Of a stretch of 64,000 nucleotides of DNA, positions 51,178 through 64,000 are shown in pieces; within the stretch, counting starts at the first letter, position 1; the number at the start of each line of letters is the position of its first letter. The translations under genes and the position numbers were made by a program. The stretch covers positions 81,282,001 through 81,346,000 of the forward strand of contig OZ360222.1 in assembly GCA_977017645.1 (NCBI GenBank). The letters run 5' to 3'. Origin of the DNA: Torpedo marmorata. Taxonomy: Eukaryota. Below the pieces are notes generated by a model, which worked only from the letters and a program-made list of their open reading frames with translations, did no database searches and was not told where the DNA came from.

Positions 51178-54100
51178 GTGAGTATCGGCAGGTTGTTTCA
51201 CTTTGAAGGGCATAGAAGCTCTCCTCTCCTGATGTTATGTATTCCAGTAATGGTCACTGGATGGTAACCCGGAGCTGGGATCTTGGCTGCTTTCCTCTCT
51301 CTTCCTTTTTCTAGTCTGGAGATACGGATATTTATTGGAGTCATCTAACTCTAATCTGCCTGTGCTTATTGAGGTCCAATCTGAGAACATATTCCTTATT
51401 CATTGGTAGCGTGCAGTGTTATCTATCTCCTCATCACTCCCCATCCCTCCCCCCGCCCCCCCTCCCACCCCCTGCCCAACCTGACCAATCAAGGCAGTTC
51501 AATGAGATCATTTATATATTTTTTGCTCCTTTCTTACATTTGACCATAATATTATTTCATCAGAACTCAGGTTTGCTGGAAAAATTATGAATTTAATTTG
51601 TGGTGTAATCCCATAATTTTGATGTTTCTGAACTAAAAATCACGTAACAGGGATCCTGAATGCAGGATGATCAGAAACTCTGAGAAATAAACAAACAAAG
51701 CTAGTGACTGAGATTGAAAATAGTTCCATGACAGCTCACTAATCCTCTGTGCTGCCTTCTCAGGAGCTAAAGTGGGACTTTACAGTTTCACTCCTCACAT
51801 GTTGAGCGATGGAACCTTTGGGAGAAAGGGATGAAAGGAGACTAAACAACATAGCAAGTGAAGTGAAGGGTGAGAACTCATCAGCTTGAGTGTCAGTGCT
51901 AGAAGCCTGGCAACAGGTTGTGTATCTGCTGTCTAAGCAAGGGGGAATCAAGCCCAATAATAAGAACTTTACTTCGAGACACGACACGATTTTTACCATT
52001 ATTGCTCTCGGATAAGTTCTTGACACAGATGTTTTTAAACACACGATAATGAATTCATTCAACAGGATTTAGCTAAAAGATCAGTGATAAATCTGGAAAA
52101 GAGGAAGCTAAATCTAAATGTATCTTATTTTGCTCTGGGGAAGCCATACTTTTGATTTAAAAAAAATTTAGTGTAATAAATTCATCAAACTAAAATGCAG
52201 GAGCTAATAGACTGCTCAAGTTTCAATGAATGGGAAATAGAAATCAGACTCCTATTACTGCAAAGATACACAGATGCTGTCTGCCTTAATCACTTGGTCA
52301 TGGTTGGCAGACAGTTAGTCACCATAGACTGTGACAGGGTGAAAGCAGGGTACCAGGGTCCCTCGCAAGTGAACATTTGATGCAGAAAATGATCTTTCTC
52401 CCTCCCTAGAAGTTAACAGCAACATTTTACTTCAAATCATTAGTCTCGCATAACTCAATCAATATGGATTTACTCAAAAATCAATTTCCTACCGCAAATA
52501 TGATTGTTAAATAATTCACAAGTAACAAGCCCTCTGGCACCTAGAGGTTGAAGGGGGGTAAGTGCTGAACAAGATTTAAAGCAGATTTCAATTAAATGAA
52601 GAGAAAAAATATATATTAACATTCAGTCAGCCTTTGAAACTTTTCTTTGCTTGGCCAGAATTTTTTTTTTTGGGTGGGCGAAGGGGAGGGGCAAGTGGAG
52701 GAAGAGAGTTCTGGAAAGCTGCATAAATCAGGGCAGGTGCAATGAAGCGAACTTAACTGTTAAGCATATGTAAGTGCAATCTGAAAATCACTTGAAATTG
52801 GTCCCTAATGACCTCTGCTTTTGTCATATGGTCATGATTATAACGATAAAATTGCATTGCCATGCCTTTAGTGAGAACGAGGTGGATGAATAATTGTTAC
52901 GTGTATTGAATACAGTGTGTGCCTGGGTGAAACAGGGCAGCCACTGGACATGTACTTGAAACAGTTTTCAAAGAGTCCACCTCTTGTGCTTAAAGATACT
53001 TGGCAAACTGTTATTTTATTGGGAAAGCCAGCCAGGTTTTTGAATGTGTGTGGAAACCTGGTGCAGATATGATGGCTGATTCTGTGTTCGCATCAAGCTC
53101 GCTAATAAATTCTAGCTAATTCATTTTTTATTCTCTCTCGGGGTCTGCTTGCAGACTTGACTTAACAGAGGAAGCATCATGTTACTTCCTTTAAATAATT
53201 GATGTCTCTTGGCCTAAGCCAGCTCAGAAGAAAATCTGAAAATAGTGACTGATTAAGTAAATATGTAGCTTTTGCATTCCTGATACGTGGCTGGGATTGC
53301 TGTCATTGAATCTATCTGCAGAGTTCTCCATTTCAGAGGATGCACTTTGACAGATTGTCATTGATATCAGAAATACAATTAAAGAAACCTTTGTTTTTTT
53401 TTAGTTTGGCCTAAAATGGCAGCTTCCGTAGCTGTCATAGAAACAATTCAATATAACCATTTTCCATATATTCCAATCATAGAATTTGCTGGTAATTCAT
53501 AAGAATGACTACAGAATGATTAATGTTTCAGTGTGATCATCATCACAGATCAATGATCCTGAGTGCTCTGGCAGTTGGCATCTATATTGAAAGCTGGTAT
53601 CAGCAGAAAAAGAAACCCAAAATGGAATAAAACCAGGCCCATACTGTATAGTATGTAGATTAAAAATAACAGATACCTTATAGTGATTACAATGCGGTAA
53701 TCTAATCTCACAGTTTAGATGACCGTTATAAACCACTCAAGGTTTACTTTTGTGGCTCATGACATCACCTGAACCTGTCTATTAAATTACTGCCTTGTAA
53801 TCACTCTTTGGAAGCCATTATTCTCAAATACCTATGGAATAGCTTATTTTTTAGTAATACACCCTGCAAGTAAACTTGTAATGCTGCAGTGGCAGTCATG
53901 TGATGTACTTGTAACATCGCCCCAAACGCTGCTGTTAAGTTTATTATCCTTTCACCTTTGTAATTGCTGTGAACAGTGTATGACTTGTAAAGATTAACTG
54001 GAGTTCAGTGAGTTGAGGTAAGAGTTCAGTTTTCTATAGATATAAATTGTTTGAGTTTTTCTGTCTTGATGCACAATACAATTGAGATCAGTGATTGCTC

Positions 54101-54210
54101 ACTTCTGGTTTGTCCGCTGTGGATCAGTTGCCCTCCTGCTTTTGTGCCAGAGGCTGTGTGTGGGTCCAAATCTGACTCCAGTTGATTGAAAACAGAGTAA
54201 ATTGTTGTTC

Positions 54211-55036
54211 AAGATTCAAGATTCAATTTGTTATCATGTAATATTGCACTGTTTTTATTACATGAAATTCACTTTAGTCTGCCGTAGGGCAGAGAGATTC
54301 GCCATCAGCAGAAATTGCCTGAAGCACCTCTTACAGTCAGAGAAAGAGAAGCAAAAGAGAGTCGCCCCCCCAGAGTCACCTAGTGTCCGTGGATTTGCCT
54401 CCAGCGCTTACGCAGCCCACGCAGCCACAGAGTCCAGTCCAAACCATCAGCAGCCCGAGTTCCAGATCCGAACCTCCGACATCATCAGGAAGCCTTCAGT
54501 GCCCTCAGCACCCTCTTGCATCCCAGTTCTGATACCTGGTACCCCTTCAGCCAGTCTTGAGCCAGTCTCCAGCAGTCCGCCATCTGGTGTGAATCCCTCG
54601 CCTCGAATCTCCAACAGCCGACCGACCGCCTGTGCATTTCTTCAATCGCTGAACTCCTCACAGGTCCACTGCTGTGATCACCGTCCCATGGGTCCTCTCC
54701 TCTGCTTCTCCTTCTCAAACGGGGGTGGGGGGGGGGGGTGGTTGTCTCCTCGCTTTCTAGTGCCCTGCACCAGTCCTCTGCTTCCCCGGAATTGGCAACC
54801 CCTCGTGGCTGCTGCCGATCATAGGCACTGCCATCTTGGGCGCAGACACCGCGGTCGTAGTATTTTAATTAAAACCACCGTTGGCTCCATTTACAGGCCC
54901 TTTAAAGCCTGTACAGAGCTGACGGCAGTCGGACTGGGTGGATGGACCCCGCGGGAGCGCTGTGTCTCCGCTCCTCACTCTCCACAGGTCCTCGGCAGTG
55001 CTGCCGTTACAGCAGCTCTGGCAGCACCGCCATCTT
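54211..55036 (-). mobile_element. GC-rich non-autonomous retroposon, copy B (more diverged)
   Basis: (CAAGATT)n tail at the left, CCGCCATCTT head at the right, flanking TTGTTC duplication (54205-54210 and 55035-55040). Confidence 0.88.
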
Positions 55037-55174
55037 GTTCCAGTGGTGAGGAGGTGCACTATAGTGCAACATGATATTTTAAATTGAAACTTTCTCAGAG
55101 GACACATAAAATCAAACGGTGGATCCAATCTCAGATTAGGAAAATCATTGCAGGGATCGTGGAAAATATTTATC

Positions 55175-56015
55175 AAGATTCAAGATTCAAGATTCAATTT
55201 ATTGTCATAGTAATAAGACAGTGTCATATTCCATGAAATTTCTTTTTGCCTGCTGCAGACAGATTCGCCACTGGCAGAAATTGCCTAAGCGCCTCTAACA
55301 TTCCTTACAGTCAGAGAAAGAGAAGCAAAAGAGAGTCCCCCCAGAGTCACCGAGTGTCCATAGATTCGCCTCCAGCGCTTCCGCAGCCACACAGAGTCCA
55401 GTCCAAACAATCAGCAACCCAAGCTCCAGATCCAAACCTCCGACACGGTCAGATCGCCCTCGGCACCCCCTCGCAACCCGGTTCCGATACCTGGTACTCC
55501 TCCAGCCAGTTCGAGCCAGCCTCCAGCAGTCCGCAGCCCGGCGTGAGTCCCCCGACAGCAGTCTCCAGCAGCCCACAGCCTCCGCGGGTTCCTCGCCTCG
55601 AGTCGCCAGCAGCCCGCCGCATGCACTGGTCCTTCAGCCTCAGAGCCCCTCACCGGTCCGCCACCGTGGTCACAATCCCGTGGGTGGTCTCCTCCGCTTC
55701 TCCTTCTCAGACGGGGGGTGATCTTCCCGTCCTCTGGTGCCCTGCTCCACTCCTCCGCTTCCCTCGAATCTGCAGCCCCTCTTGGCTGCTGCAGGTTAAA
55801 AGGCGCTGCCATCTTGGGCGCAGACCCCGTGGTCGCGGGATCATAAATAAAACCACCGTTGGCTCCTTTAATGGGCCGTTCAAAGCCCGTGCGGAACCGA
55901 TGGCAGTCGACTGGGCAGCTGGACCCCGCGGGAGCGCTGCATCTCCGCTCCCATGCTCCCCGCATGTCCGCACCAGCGGCAGCGCTGCCGCTATAGCGGC
56001 TCCGGCAGCGCCGCC
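55175..56015 (-). mobile_element. GC-rich non-autonomous retroposon, copy C
   Basis: Close match to copy A; TSD ATTTATC (55168-55174 and 56016-56022); the empty site is visible in the duplicated copy at ~60262-60275. Confidence 0.92.
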
Positions 56016-56217
56016 ATTTATCCCTCAACCAATAGCTAAACACATAATATCTAGTCATTATTACATTCCATTTTCTTTTCTGCATATTATTGCTGCCTTT
56101 CACAATCATAACATCGATTATGCATTAATTGTATCCTGTCATGGAAGGTGTATGAATTCAAGCCCTTCTTTCTTTATCTTGACATGGATGGCTGATCGTT
56201 ATATTGCATCTTAATCC

Positions 56218-59200
56218 GATGATCCAGTATTTTTTGAAAAGTTTTTTTCCTTTTTACCTGATTTAAATCGGTATTCATTGATTTTGGGAGGTGATTTTAG
56301 TTTTAGACTGTTCTTCGTTAAAATTATCAACTCTCTCTAAATCTGCAGTATTATTACATTCCTTTATGTCGAATTTTGGTATTACAGATGTTTGGCGTTT
56401 TTTAAATCCCACTAGTAGAGAATATTCTTTTCTGTCCAATGTTCATCGTTCTTATATGAGGATAGATTACTTTTTAATTGATAATCAATTAATCTCTATG
56501 ACTAAATCATGTGAATATCAAGGAATAGTGATTTCTGATCATGCTCCAGTTATTTTATCTATGAACTTCAATGATATCCCATTTATAAAAAGACATTGGA
56601 GATTTAATACGACTCTCCTTGAAAATCAAGATTTTTTAAACTTTATGGAGAAGCAAATACAGTTCTTTTTTGCTACTAATTCTTCTCCGACGATGTCTAA
56701 TTTGATAGTTTTGGAAACTATGAAATCCTATTTGAGAGGACAAATTATTTCATATACTGCTAATATTAAGAAGAAATCTAATAAGGAAAGATCTGATTTA
56801 ATTAACCAGATTAAACAAATTGACATTCAATTTTCTCAAAATAAAAATCCAGATTTGTATAAGAGAAGAGTAGAGCTTAAAGCAAAATTTGATCTTCTAT
56901 CTACTTATCCCGTTGAGCAACAATTGTTAAGAAGTAGAAGTCTCTTTTATATTCATGGAGAAAAAACTAGTAAGTTACTAGCTGGACAATTGAAATGAAT
57001 TTCTGCTAAAAAACAAATAAATAAAATTAGGATGAAAGATGGAAAAATGACAACAGATGATCTTGAAATAAATGAGACTTTTAAGGAATTTTACTCTAAC
57101 CTCTATAAATCAGAATTTGGTAATAATCATGACTTGATGTCATAATTTTTGGATCGATTGAATCTTCCGGTATTACCTCAGGATGAACGTGCAAGCTTTG
57201 AGAAACCTATTTCTCAAGAGGATATAGCTGTCGCTTTTTCCTCGCTACAGTCTGGTAAATATCCAGGGCCAGACGGATTTCCTGTGTAAGTTTATAAACC
57301 TTTCTCCAACCAGCTTGTACCTCATCTGAGTGTGGTATTGGGTGACTCATTTAATGAGCAAAAGCTTCCCGTATCTTTTAATGAGGCCAGTATTTCCTTA
57401 ATTCTTAAAAAGGGTAAAGAATCGACTGAATGCACATCTTATAGACCCATTTCTTTACTTAATGTGGATATGAAGATTTTGTCCAAAGTATTAGCACATA
57501 GATTAGAAAATATTTTACCTTTAATTATCGATTCAGATCAGACTGCTTTTATTAAAAATCGTTATTCATATTATAACATTAATAAATTTTGGAATATTTT
57601 ATATTTATCTTCTACTCCAGCGACGGAATGTGTCCTTTCATTAGATGCTGAAAAAGCATTTGATCGGGTGGAGTGGGAATATTTATTTGCTATTTTACAT
57701 CAATTTAATTTTGGTTCTGATTTTATTAAATGGATTAAGTTATTATACTCTTGTCCTATTGCCTCAGTTCGATCTAATTTACAACAATCAAATATGTTTC
57801 GGCTTAATAGAGGAACCCGACAGGGTTGCCCATTAAGTCCTTTGCTTTTTGATATAGTATTAGAACCTTTAGCTGTTGCTCTTCGACAATGTAGAGAATT
57901 TAAAGGTATAACTAGAAAAGGAATTGAACATAAAGTATCTCTCTATGCAGACAATTTATTGTTATTTATTTCAAACCCTGAAGTCTCTATACCAAATATA
58001 TTAACCCTATTTACTCAATTTAGTCAATTTTCAGGGTATAAATTAAACCTACAAAAGAGTGAACTATTGCCTTTAAAAGGACCTCTTATTGGTTATTCCA
58101 ATTTTCCATTTAAAATAGTGAGCGATCAATTCCAATACTTAGGAATAACAACTACAAAAAACCATAAAAATTTACTGAAAGAAAATTTTTGGGTATTAGT
58201 TAATAAGATTAAATTACAATTATTGGGTTGATCACCCTTATCAATTACAATGATGGGCCGTATTAATTTGATTAAAATGAATATTTTGCCTAAATTTTTA
58301 TATCTTTTCCAATCCTTACCAATTTTTATTCCTAAAACTTTTTTTACTTCATTAGATTCGATTCTTTCTTCATATATATGGCAGGGAAAACATCCACGAA
58401 TAAATAAATCCCATCTTCAAAAAATCAAAAGAAATGGAGGGTTATCACTTCCAGATTTTAGATTTTATTATTGGGCTATTAATATTCATAATTTGCTTTT
58501 GTTATTGCAATTTGATAAGTTAGAGAATCACCCATCCTGGGTGGAAATGGAATTGAAGTTTTCAAAAAAATCATCGATGTTTGCAATTTTAGGAACCTTT
58601 TTACCATTTTCATTTGTTAAATTAACTCATACCCATTATTGAGATATAGGTTGAGAATATGGGCACAGTTTAGAATTTTTTTTGGATTTAATAGCTTTTC
58701 TCTGGCTAGTCCTATTATAGATAATCACATTTTCCAGCCGTCTGAAATGGATGTAGGATTTAGGGAATGGTATAGATTGGGAATTCATAGTTTTAATGAT
58801 CTTTTTATTTGAGATAGTTTTGCCATTTTTGAACAATTGGTCAATAAATTTAACCTTACTAATAGACAATTATTTAGATATTTACAAATTAGACATTTTA
58901 TTCAGTCTAAGCTTTCAGATTTTCTTCGAATTTCAAGTTCTAATTTTCTCGATTTACTTTTTAATCTACGGTTCTTTTTCCAACGTGGATTAACATCATG
59001 TATATATAATAATTTATTGGAAATCAGAGTAGCTTCTATGACGGGGATCAAGAATGAATGGGAATGTGATTTGAATGTTACATTTTCAGATGAAGATTGG
59101 TATAATGCTCGATCTAATTAATGCCTCATCTTTTTGTGCTAGACACTGTTTACTACAATTTAAAGTGGTACATAGAATTCACGTTTTTACACCGACATAG

Positions 59201-60000
59201 ATCCATTGTGTGAGAGATGTAAAATTTTTGAAGCTTCACTGATACATATGTTTTGGGAATGCCCCAATTTGGAGAGATTTTTGAAGGATATTTTAAAATC
59301 TTTATCATTGATTTTTAAGATTAATATTGAACCATGTCCTATAATTGCTCTGTTTGGTTTTTCACGTGAACCTAACATACCTTTGTCTTCATCACAGGAA
59401 AAAGTTTTAGCTTTTTCCACATTGATTGCCAGACGAGCAATTTTATTGAAATGGAAAGATGAGTTATCACCGACACATAGACAGTGGTTACAGGATGTAA
59501 TGTCCTATCTGAGTTTGGAGAAAATTAGATATAATATTAAAGATAGAAAGTTTCAATTTTTAAAGATCTGAGGGCCATTCATTGAATACTATTATGATTG
59601 GAAGAATTAACAAAACTGACTATCCCGAGGAGTCTCTGTCCGATGCTTGGAGGTCGCTGCAGGATCCATACCTTTTTTTTGTTCTTTTCCTTCTTTTTTG
59701 CAACATCAAGGTAACCTTGCTTAGAGGGAGGGGTTAGAATAGATTAGTTATTAGTGTTTTTTTTTGTCTTTTTTTTTCTTTCTTTTTATTTTATTTTCAA
59801 TTGTTCTTTTTTTAAGATAATTATACAGAACTAGAGTTTTAACCTATATTCAGAATTTAGTTACGACAATTTACCTAGTTTTTAAAAAATATATATACAT
59901 GTATGAATACCAGCTGATTTTTTGAATGTTTTTCTTAATTTTGTTACTTTGTATGCATGTTTATTGTTGAAACTCAATAAAAATATTTTAAAAAGAAAAG
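56218..60000 (+). mobile_element. L1-clade LINE (fish-type), 5'-truncated within the endonuclease; ORF2 has stops and frameshifts
   Basis: DDPVFF..LILGGDF, RIDYFL, ISDHAP, WRFNTTLL, PGPDGF, YRPISLLNVD, SLDAEKAFDRVEW, RGTRQGCPLSPLLF, LYADN, YLGI, CERC...HMFWECP; AATAAA at 59976 and A-rich tail. Confidence 0.97.
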
Positions 60001-61716
60001 AAAGCCTGTACAAAGCTGACGGCAGTCGGACTGGGCGGATGGACCCCGCGGGAGCGCTGTGTCTCCGCTCCTCACTCTCCGCAGGTCCTCAGCAGCGCTG
60101 CCGTTACAGCAGCTCTGGCAGCACCGCCATCTTGTTTCAGTGCTGAGGACGTGTACGACAGTGCAACATGATATTTTAAATTGAAACTTTCTCAGAGGAC
60201 ACATAAAATCAAACGGTGGATCCTATCTCAGATTAGGAAAATCATTGCAGGGATCATGGACAATATTTATCCCTCAACCAATAGCTAAACACATAATATC
60301 TAGTCATTATTACATTCCATTTTCTTTTCTGCATATTATTGCTGCCTTTCACAATCATAACATCGATTATGCATTAATTGTATCCTGTCATGGAAGGTGT
60401 TGTATGAATTCAAGTCCTTCTTTCTTTATCTTGACATGGATGGCTGATCATTATATTGCATCTTAATCCTATTAGATATCTGAAATGAGGAAATGTAACC
60501 CATAAAAGTAAGATTTTTCCGTTGGCTGTAAGAAAAAGATTGTTATCATTAAACACTTGGACTCTATACAATTGCGGAGAAGTAGGATAAAAATGTAACA
60601 TTTTATTATTCCTTGACAACACTGTCCTTCGTGGGCGGGGGGTACGGATAAGATGATTGTTAGCTAGTTCTTCGAGGAGTAGTTGTTGGGTACCAAGTCC
60701 TGGCTGGCTTTTGTCTGACATCATCAATTGTCTATCACAAAATGCAAGTTCTAACAAATTTCTGGCAGGTGATCAAAGGCTGACTTCCCTCCCAATACCA
60801 AACCAGTGGCAATGAGACCAGTTGTATATCCCTCCCTACTACTGCTGCAACTGAGATCAATAACTTATTGTAGGTCAGCAATGAACCCAGGATTATTCTG
60901 GTTATCATATTTTCTCGTGGTTCATATTAGATTATCAAATAATATTTTGCATAGAGGTCTTTTAAGGGATCCTTAATTAAAAATTAAAGTAAATTTTAAT
61001 GCTCCTCCATTCAAAGAACAGAAATAATTTTATTATTTTTTCCATTCATATTCTATGTCATATTTAATTTGGTATTAAAAATTATATCGTTTGTATATTC
61101 ATGGCACTGAATGTTTTTGACCAAGGTTCCTTCCAAGTGTTGAACCAGTACACATGGTTGAACAGCCAAGGTCAGTGAGATGAGTATACAAGCTGTAAAT
61201 CAAAAGTCCACTGTTATCGTGCCCCATTTTCACAATAACTTTCTGGCTTCTAAATGTTCAAAATTACCTATTAAATGAAATTACTTTGAATAATTATTAT
61301 ATTTGTATCAATAGATTGAAGCCTTAGCCAACCGGCAACTCTAGTTAATCTTAGCAGTAAATTGTGCGCTTTTTACTCCAATTAGTGAGTATTGTGGCAT
61401 AGGAATTGTGTAAGTTAATAATACAGAATCCAGTATTACAAAGCAGTCGACTGTATTTTTCCAATAGGTTATGCAATTAGCAGTTTTTTCATTTAATATT
61501 AAAATAATTTCATCAGCAAGAAAGCTGACCATCTTCTCCAATCTACTCTTATCAGCTAAATAATTAGTTAAGATAAACCTTATTCTTTATGCAGTAATGC
61601 TGTATTATTAATTATTCAGAAATTTCCGCCAAAGGTGACATTCAGGAGTTTTAACCATTTGTAGTATGCATAAACTGCGAACTGCTTCTAAATTGTACAG
61701 AGACACTATAGTTATA

Positions 61717-61965
61717 GGGGCGGCACAATTGGCGTAGCGGTTAGCGCAACGCCTTTACAGCGCCAGCAATCGGGACCGGGGTTCGAATCCCGCGCTGTCT
61801 GTACGGAGTTTGTATGTTCTCCCCGTGTCTGCGTGGGTTTTCCCCGGGGGCTCCGGATTCCTCCCACCGTTTGAAATGTACCGGGGGTGTAGGATAATTG
61901 GGTGAAATTGGGCAGCACCAACTTGTGGGCCGAAATAGCCTGTTACCGTGCTGTATGTCTAAAGA
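61717..61965 (+). mobile_element. tRNA-derived V-SINE (HE1-like), full length
   Basis: A box TGGCGTAGCGG, B box GGTTCGAATCC, V-core, CR1-like tail. Confidence 0.93.
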
Positions 61966-62802
61966 AAATGCTTTCCATTCACAGTAATGAAATTATAAGC
62001 AGAAATACACCTCAGTAATTGAATTACAGAACTCTTCACAACAAAGACTGAGGCACAGGAAAATTCTGCTTTGGCAATTTGGAAGCAAATCTTAAATTCA
62101 ATTCAATTGTTGCTTGGGGTTTAAAGATTATATTTCATCAATTAACTGTTCAACCACCTGGGTTATGCTACTATCCTCTTTGAGGTTTTCTGTTTCTGTC
62201 TGCCACTGATTGGAAAAAATAGGTAGTGGATAGCAAAAGACATGGGAAAAAAAAATACTTGAAGAGGAAACCAGTTGCCAATAGTGGCTTGCTGCCTTGG
62301 ACCTACAGGTTTCCATATTGTATTTGCATCTTAAAGGATTGACATATCTGTAAGATGTCCTAATTTTTCAGGTAATGCCTGATTATGTTAACCAGAGTGT
62401 GATATTTTGAAGCAAGGTTAAAGGGCAAGGAGGCGGCAGATGGAAAGGAAAGGAGAAGAGAGGAGCGAATGGTGAGATTAGGAAGAAATATTAAGTAGTT
62501 AACATATTAAACAGTGACATCCTTGAGATAAAACTGTGAAAAGATCAGGCATTTGGTAGAAGAAAGCAAATGGCATTTTAGAATAGAACAACAAAATGCA
62601 AAGTGGTATTGAAGATATTGAAGATATTGTTTAAAACCTTGATAAAATTGGGATGTCTGTGTCCTGGAAAGATGGTGAATCATTTGTGAAGTCAGGGGCA
62701 GGTCTAATTCCTGAATTTAGAAGGACACGTTAGGAGGAAAGATTGTCCAAAGCAAAACTTTACCAACAGGAGAGGAGGAAAATGAAGAGTGGGTGGGGGA
62801 GG

Positions 62803-62822
62803 GTGTGTGTGTGTGTGTGTGT
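62803..62822. repeat. (TG)n microsatellite
   Basis: Read directly from the sequence. Confidence 0.9.
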
Positions 62823-63302
62823 TTTCAAGGAGTATCTTAATTCTAAAGACACAAATAGTCTCAGAGCCATATAAAAGAGTCTATTTGACCCATTGTGTTC
62901 ATGCAAGCTGAAACAGCTGTCAGGTTACCCCCACTTCCCAGCTCTTGTCTGTTTGGTTTGTTGCCTTGTAGTTTGAACAAGGAAGAACAAGGAAGATTTC
63001 AGCAAAGGAGTGGATAGAGTCCCATGAGGGGAAGTGGCACTAGGCTACTGACTTCATAACGTTCATGTGGAAAGTATTGCAGCAGTAGGGCAGATGCGCA
63101 GATGAAATTCCCAAATTCAAGCAAATTACTTTTGCTGTTACTTTACGATTATGTTCAGCCAACAAATTAATTAGAAATATAAAATGTTGTAACAATGTAG
63201 CAGGTCTGATAGCATTTGTGGAGAGAATAGAAAAATTGATGTGTCTGATGCTAGCCTATTGTTGGGAGTGGAATTTGATGGTCTGTGCCTGAAAGGTAAA
63301 TA

Positions 63303-63510
63303 CTGGTATATCCCGCTTTACGAAACTAGAGCGTTTCTATGAAACATTTCGTAAGCTGAAATGGCATAATGTGAAGACCCATTCACTACTATTGAAGGCT
63401 ATTTTCGTAAAAGCGAAAACCCATTCAAATCTCTTTCGGATAGCGAACACAAGTTTCTTTGTAAAAGCGAATTTTCGTAAAGCGAGTATTCGTAAAACGG
63501 GGTATAGCTG
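63303..63510. mobile_element. Tigger/pogo-type MITE
   Basis: TA-flanked imperfect TIRs CTGGTATATCCCGCTTTACGAA...TTCGTAAAACGGGGTATAGCTG; internal TTCGTAAA repeats. Confidence 0.8.
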
Positions 63511-64000
63511 TATATTTGTCCTCTGCTCAGATCCTGATTGACCATCATGTCTTGTGTTTTCTGGTTTTGTTTCAGATTTATCTTCTCTTCAGTATTTTGT
63601 TTTTTTAATTTGTAAAGCAAATTTCTCTTGTCTGTCGCTTGTATATTATGTGTGGCTGTGCAGTGTTGTATGCTCTATATTTTGTTAATCTCCACTCATA
63701 ATTGGACTTGTCATAAATTTGTTTGCAAAGCTACTGTCATACCTTTGGAGGGGGTGAGGTAATAATTGCTACTTCCTAAATGAATGTGCAGCAACAAATC
63801 TAATCGTAATAGTTTGCACTGACAGAACAGTAGATTACATTCTTACCTTGAAATTTGTATGGGGACATCAATAAAATGAACTAATTTGATTATTGACCAG
63901 CGACATTTTCATCGTCATTATTATACAAATAATAATTGCATTAAGGGAAGGGAGAGATTAGACTGTTACCTTCCCCTTTCTGAAAACAGTAAATTAATTT

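Larger units (their letters stand above)
54904..60469 (+). repeat. Direct duplication flanking the L1: 54904-56217 (466 bp without copy C) and 60001-60469 (469 bp)
   Basis: Colinear from AAAGCCTGTACA to TTGCATCTTAATCC; about 16 substitutions and one 3-bp indel counted by eye. Confidence 0.95.

Noticed and set aside
54202-56214. Long Pro/Ser-rich ORFs (290, 322 and 232 aa) and the similar 371-aa ORF at 1262-2377
   Set aside because: They are open frames in the GC-rich repeated element, cross the element boundaries, differ in frame between copies and show no protein motifs.
57941-57960. YADN in the L1 reverse transcriptase as a novel active site
   Set aside because: GAC-AAT is one CpG-type transition from GAC-GAT (YADD), in a copy that already has stops and frameshifts.
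61717-61795. tRNA gene (A and B boxes); likewise at 3426 and 4740
   Set aside because: The head runs straight into the V-SINE core and CR1-like tail, so these are SINEs, not tRNA genes.

Overview
Eukaryotic, AT-rich, repeat-rich vertebrate DNA. The repeat content (HE1/V-SINE-type SINEs, many CR1, Rex1/Babar, Tx1, fish-type L1 and Penelope relics) points to a cartilaginous fish, probably a ray or skate; this is an inference. There is no intact host CDS. Every long ORF comes from a transposon, an N-gap or a microsatellite. The left end is the 3' part of a decayed Ty3/Gypsy element. A transposon-poor stretch (~17.2-29.3 kb, CpG-rich at ~19.4-28.3 kb) appears to hold the promoter and first exon of an unidentified + strand gene (TATA/MEF2 box at 24579, donor at 24752), with further candidate exons at 31427-31517 and 51097-51177. 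The rest is intron-like and full of nested elements. The most unusual observations are: (1) an L1 flanked by a ~467-bp direct duplication that starts exactly at a TTT/AAA endonuclease site; (2) a 177-bp chimeric MITE with hAT-type TIRs whose arms are inverted SINE tails; (3) a multi-copy ~850-bp GC-rich non-autonomous retroposon with a YY1-motif head and (TTGAATC)n tail; (4) a complete-ended, internally deleted Helitron; (5) a Chapaev3-type element; and (6) Penelope-associated minimal hammerhead ribozyme motifs.
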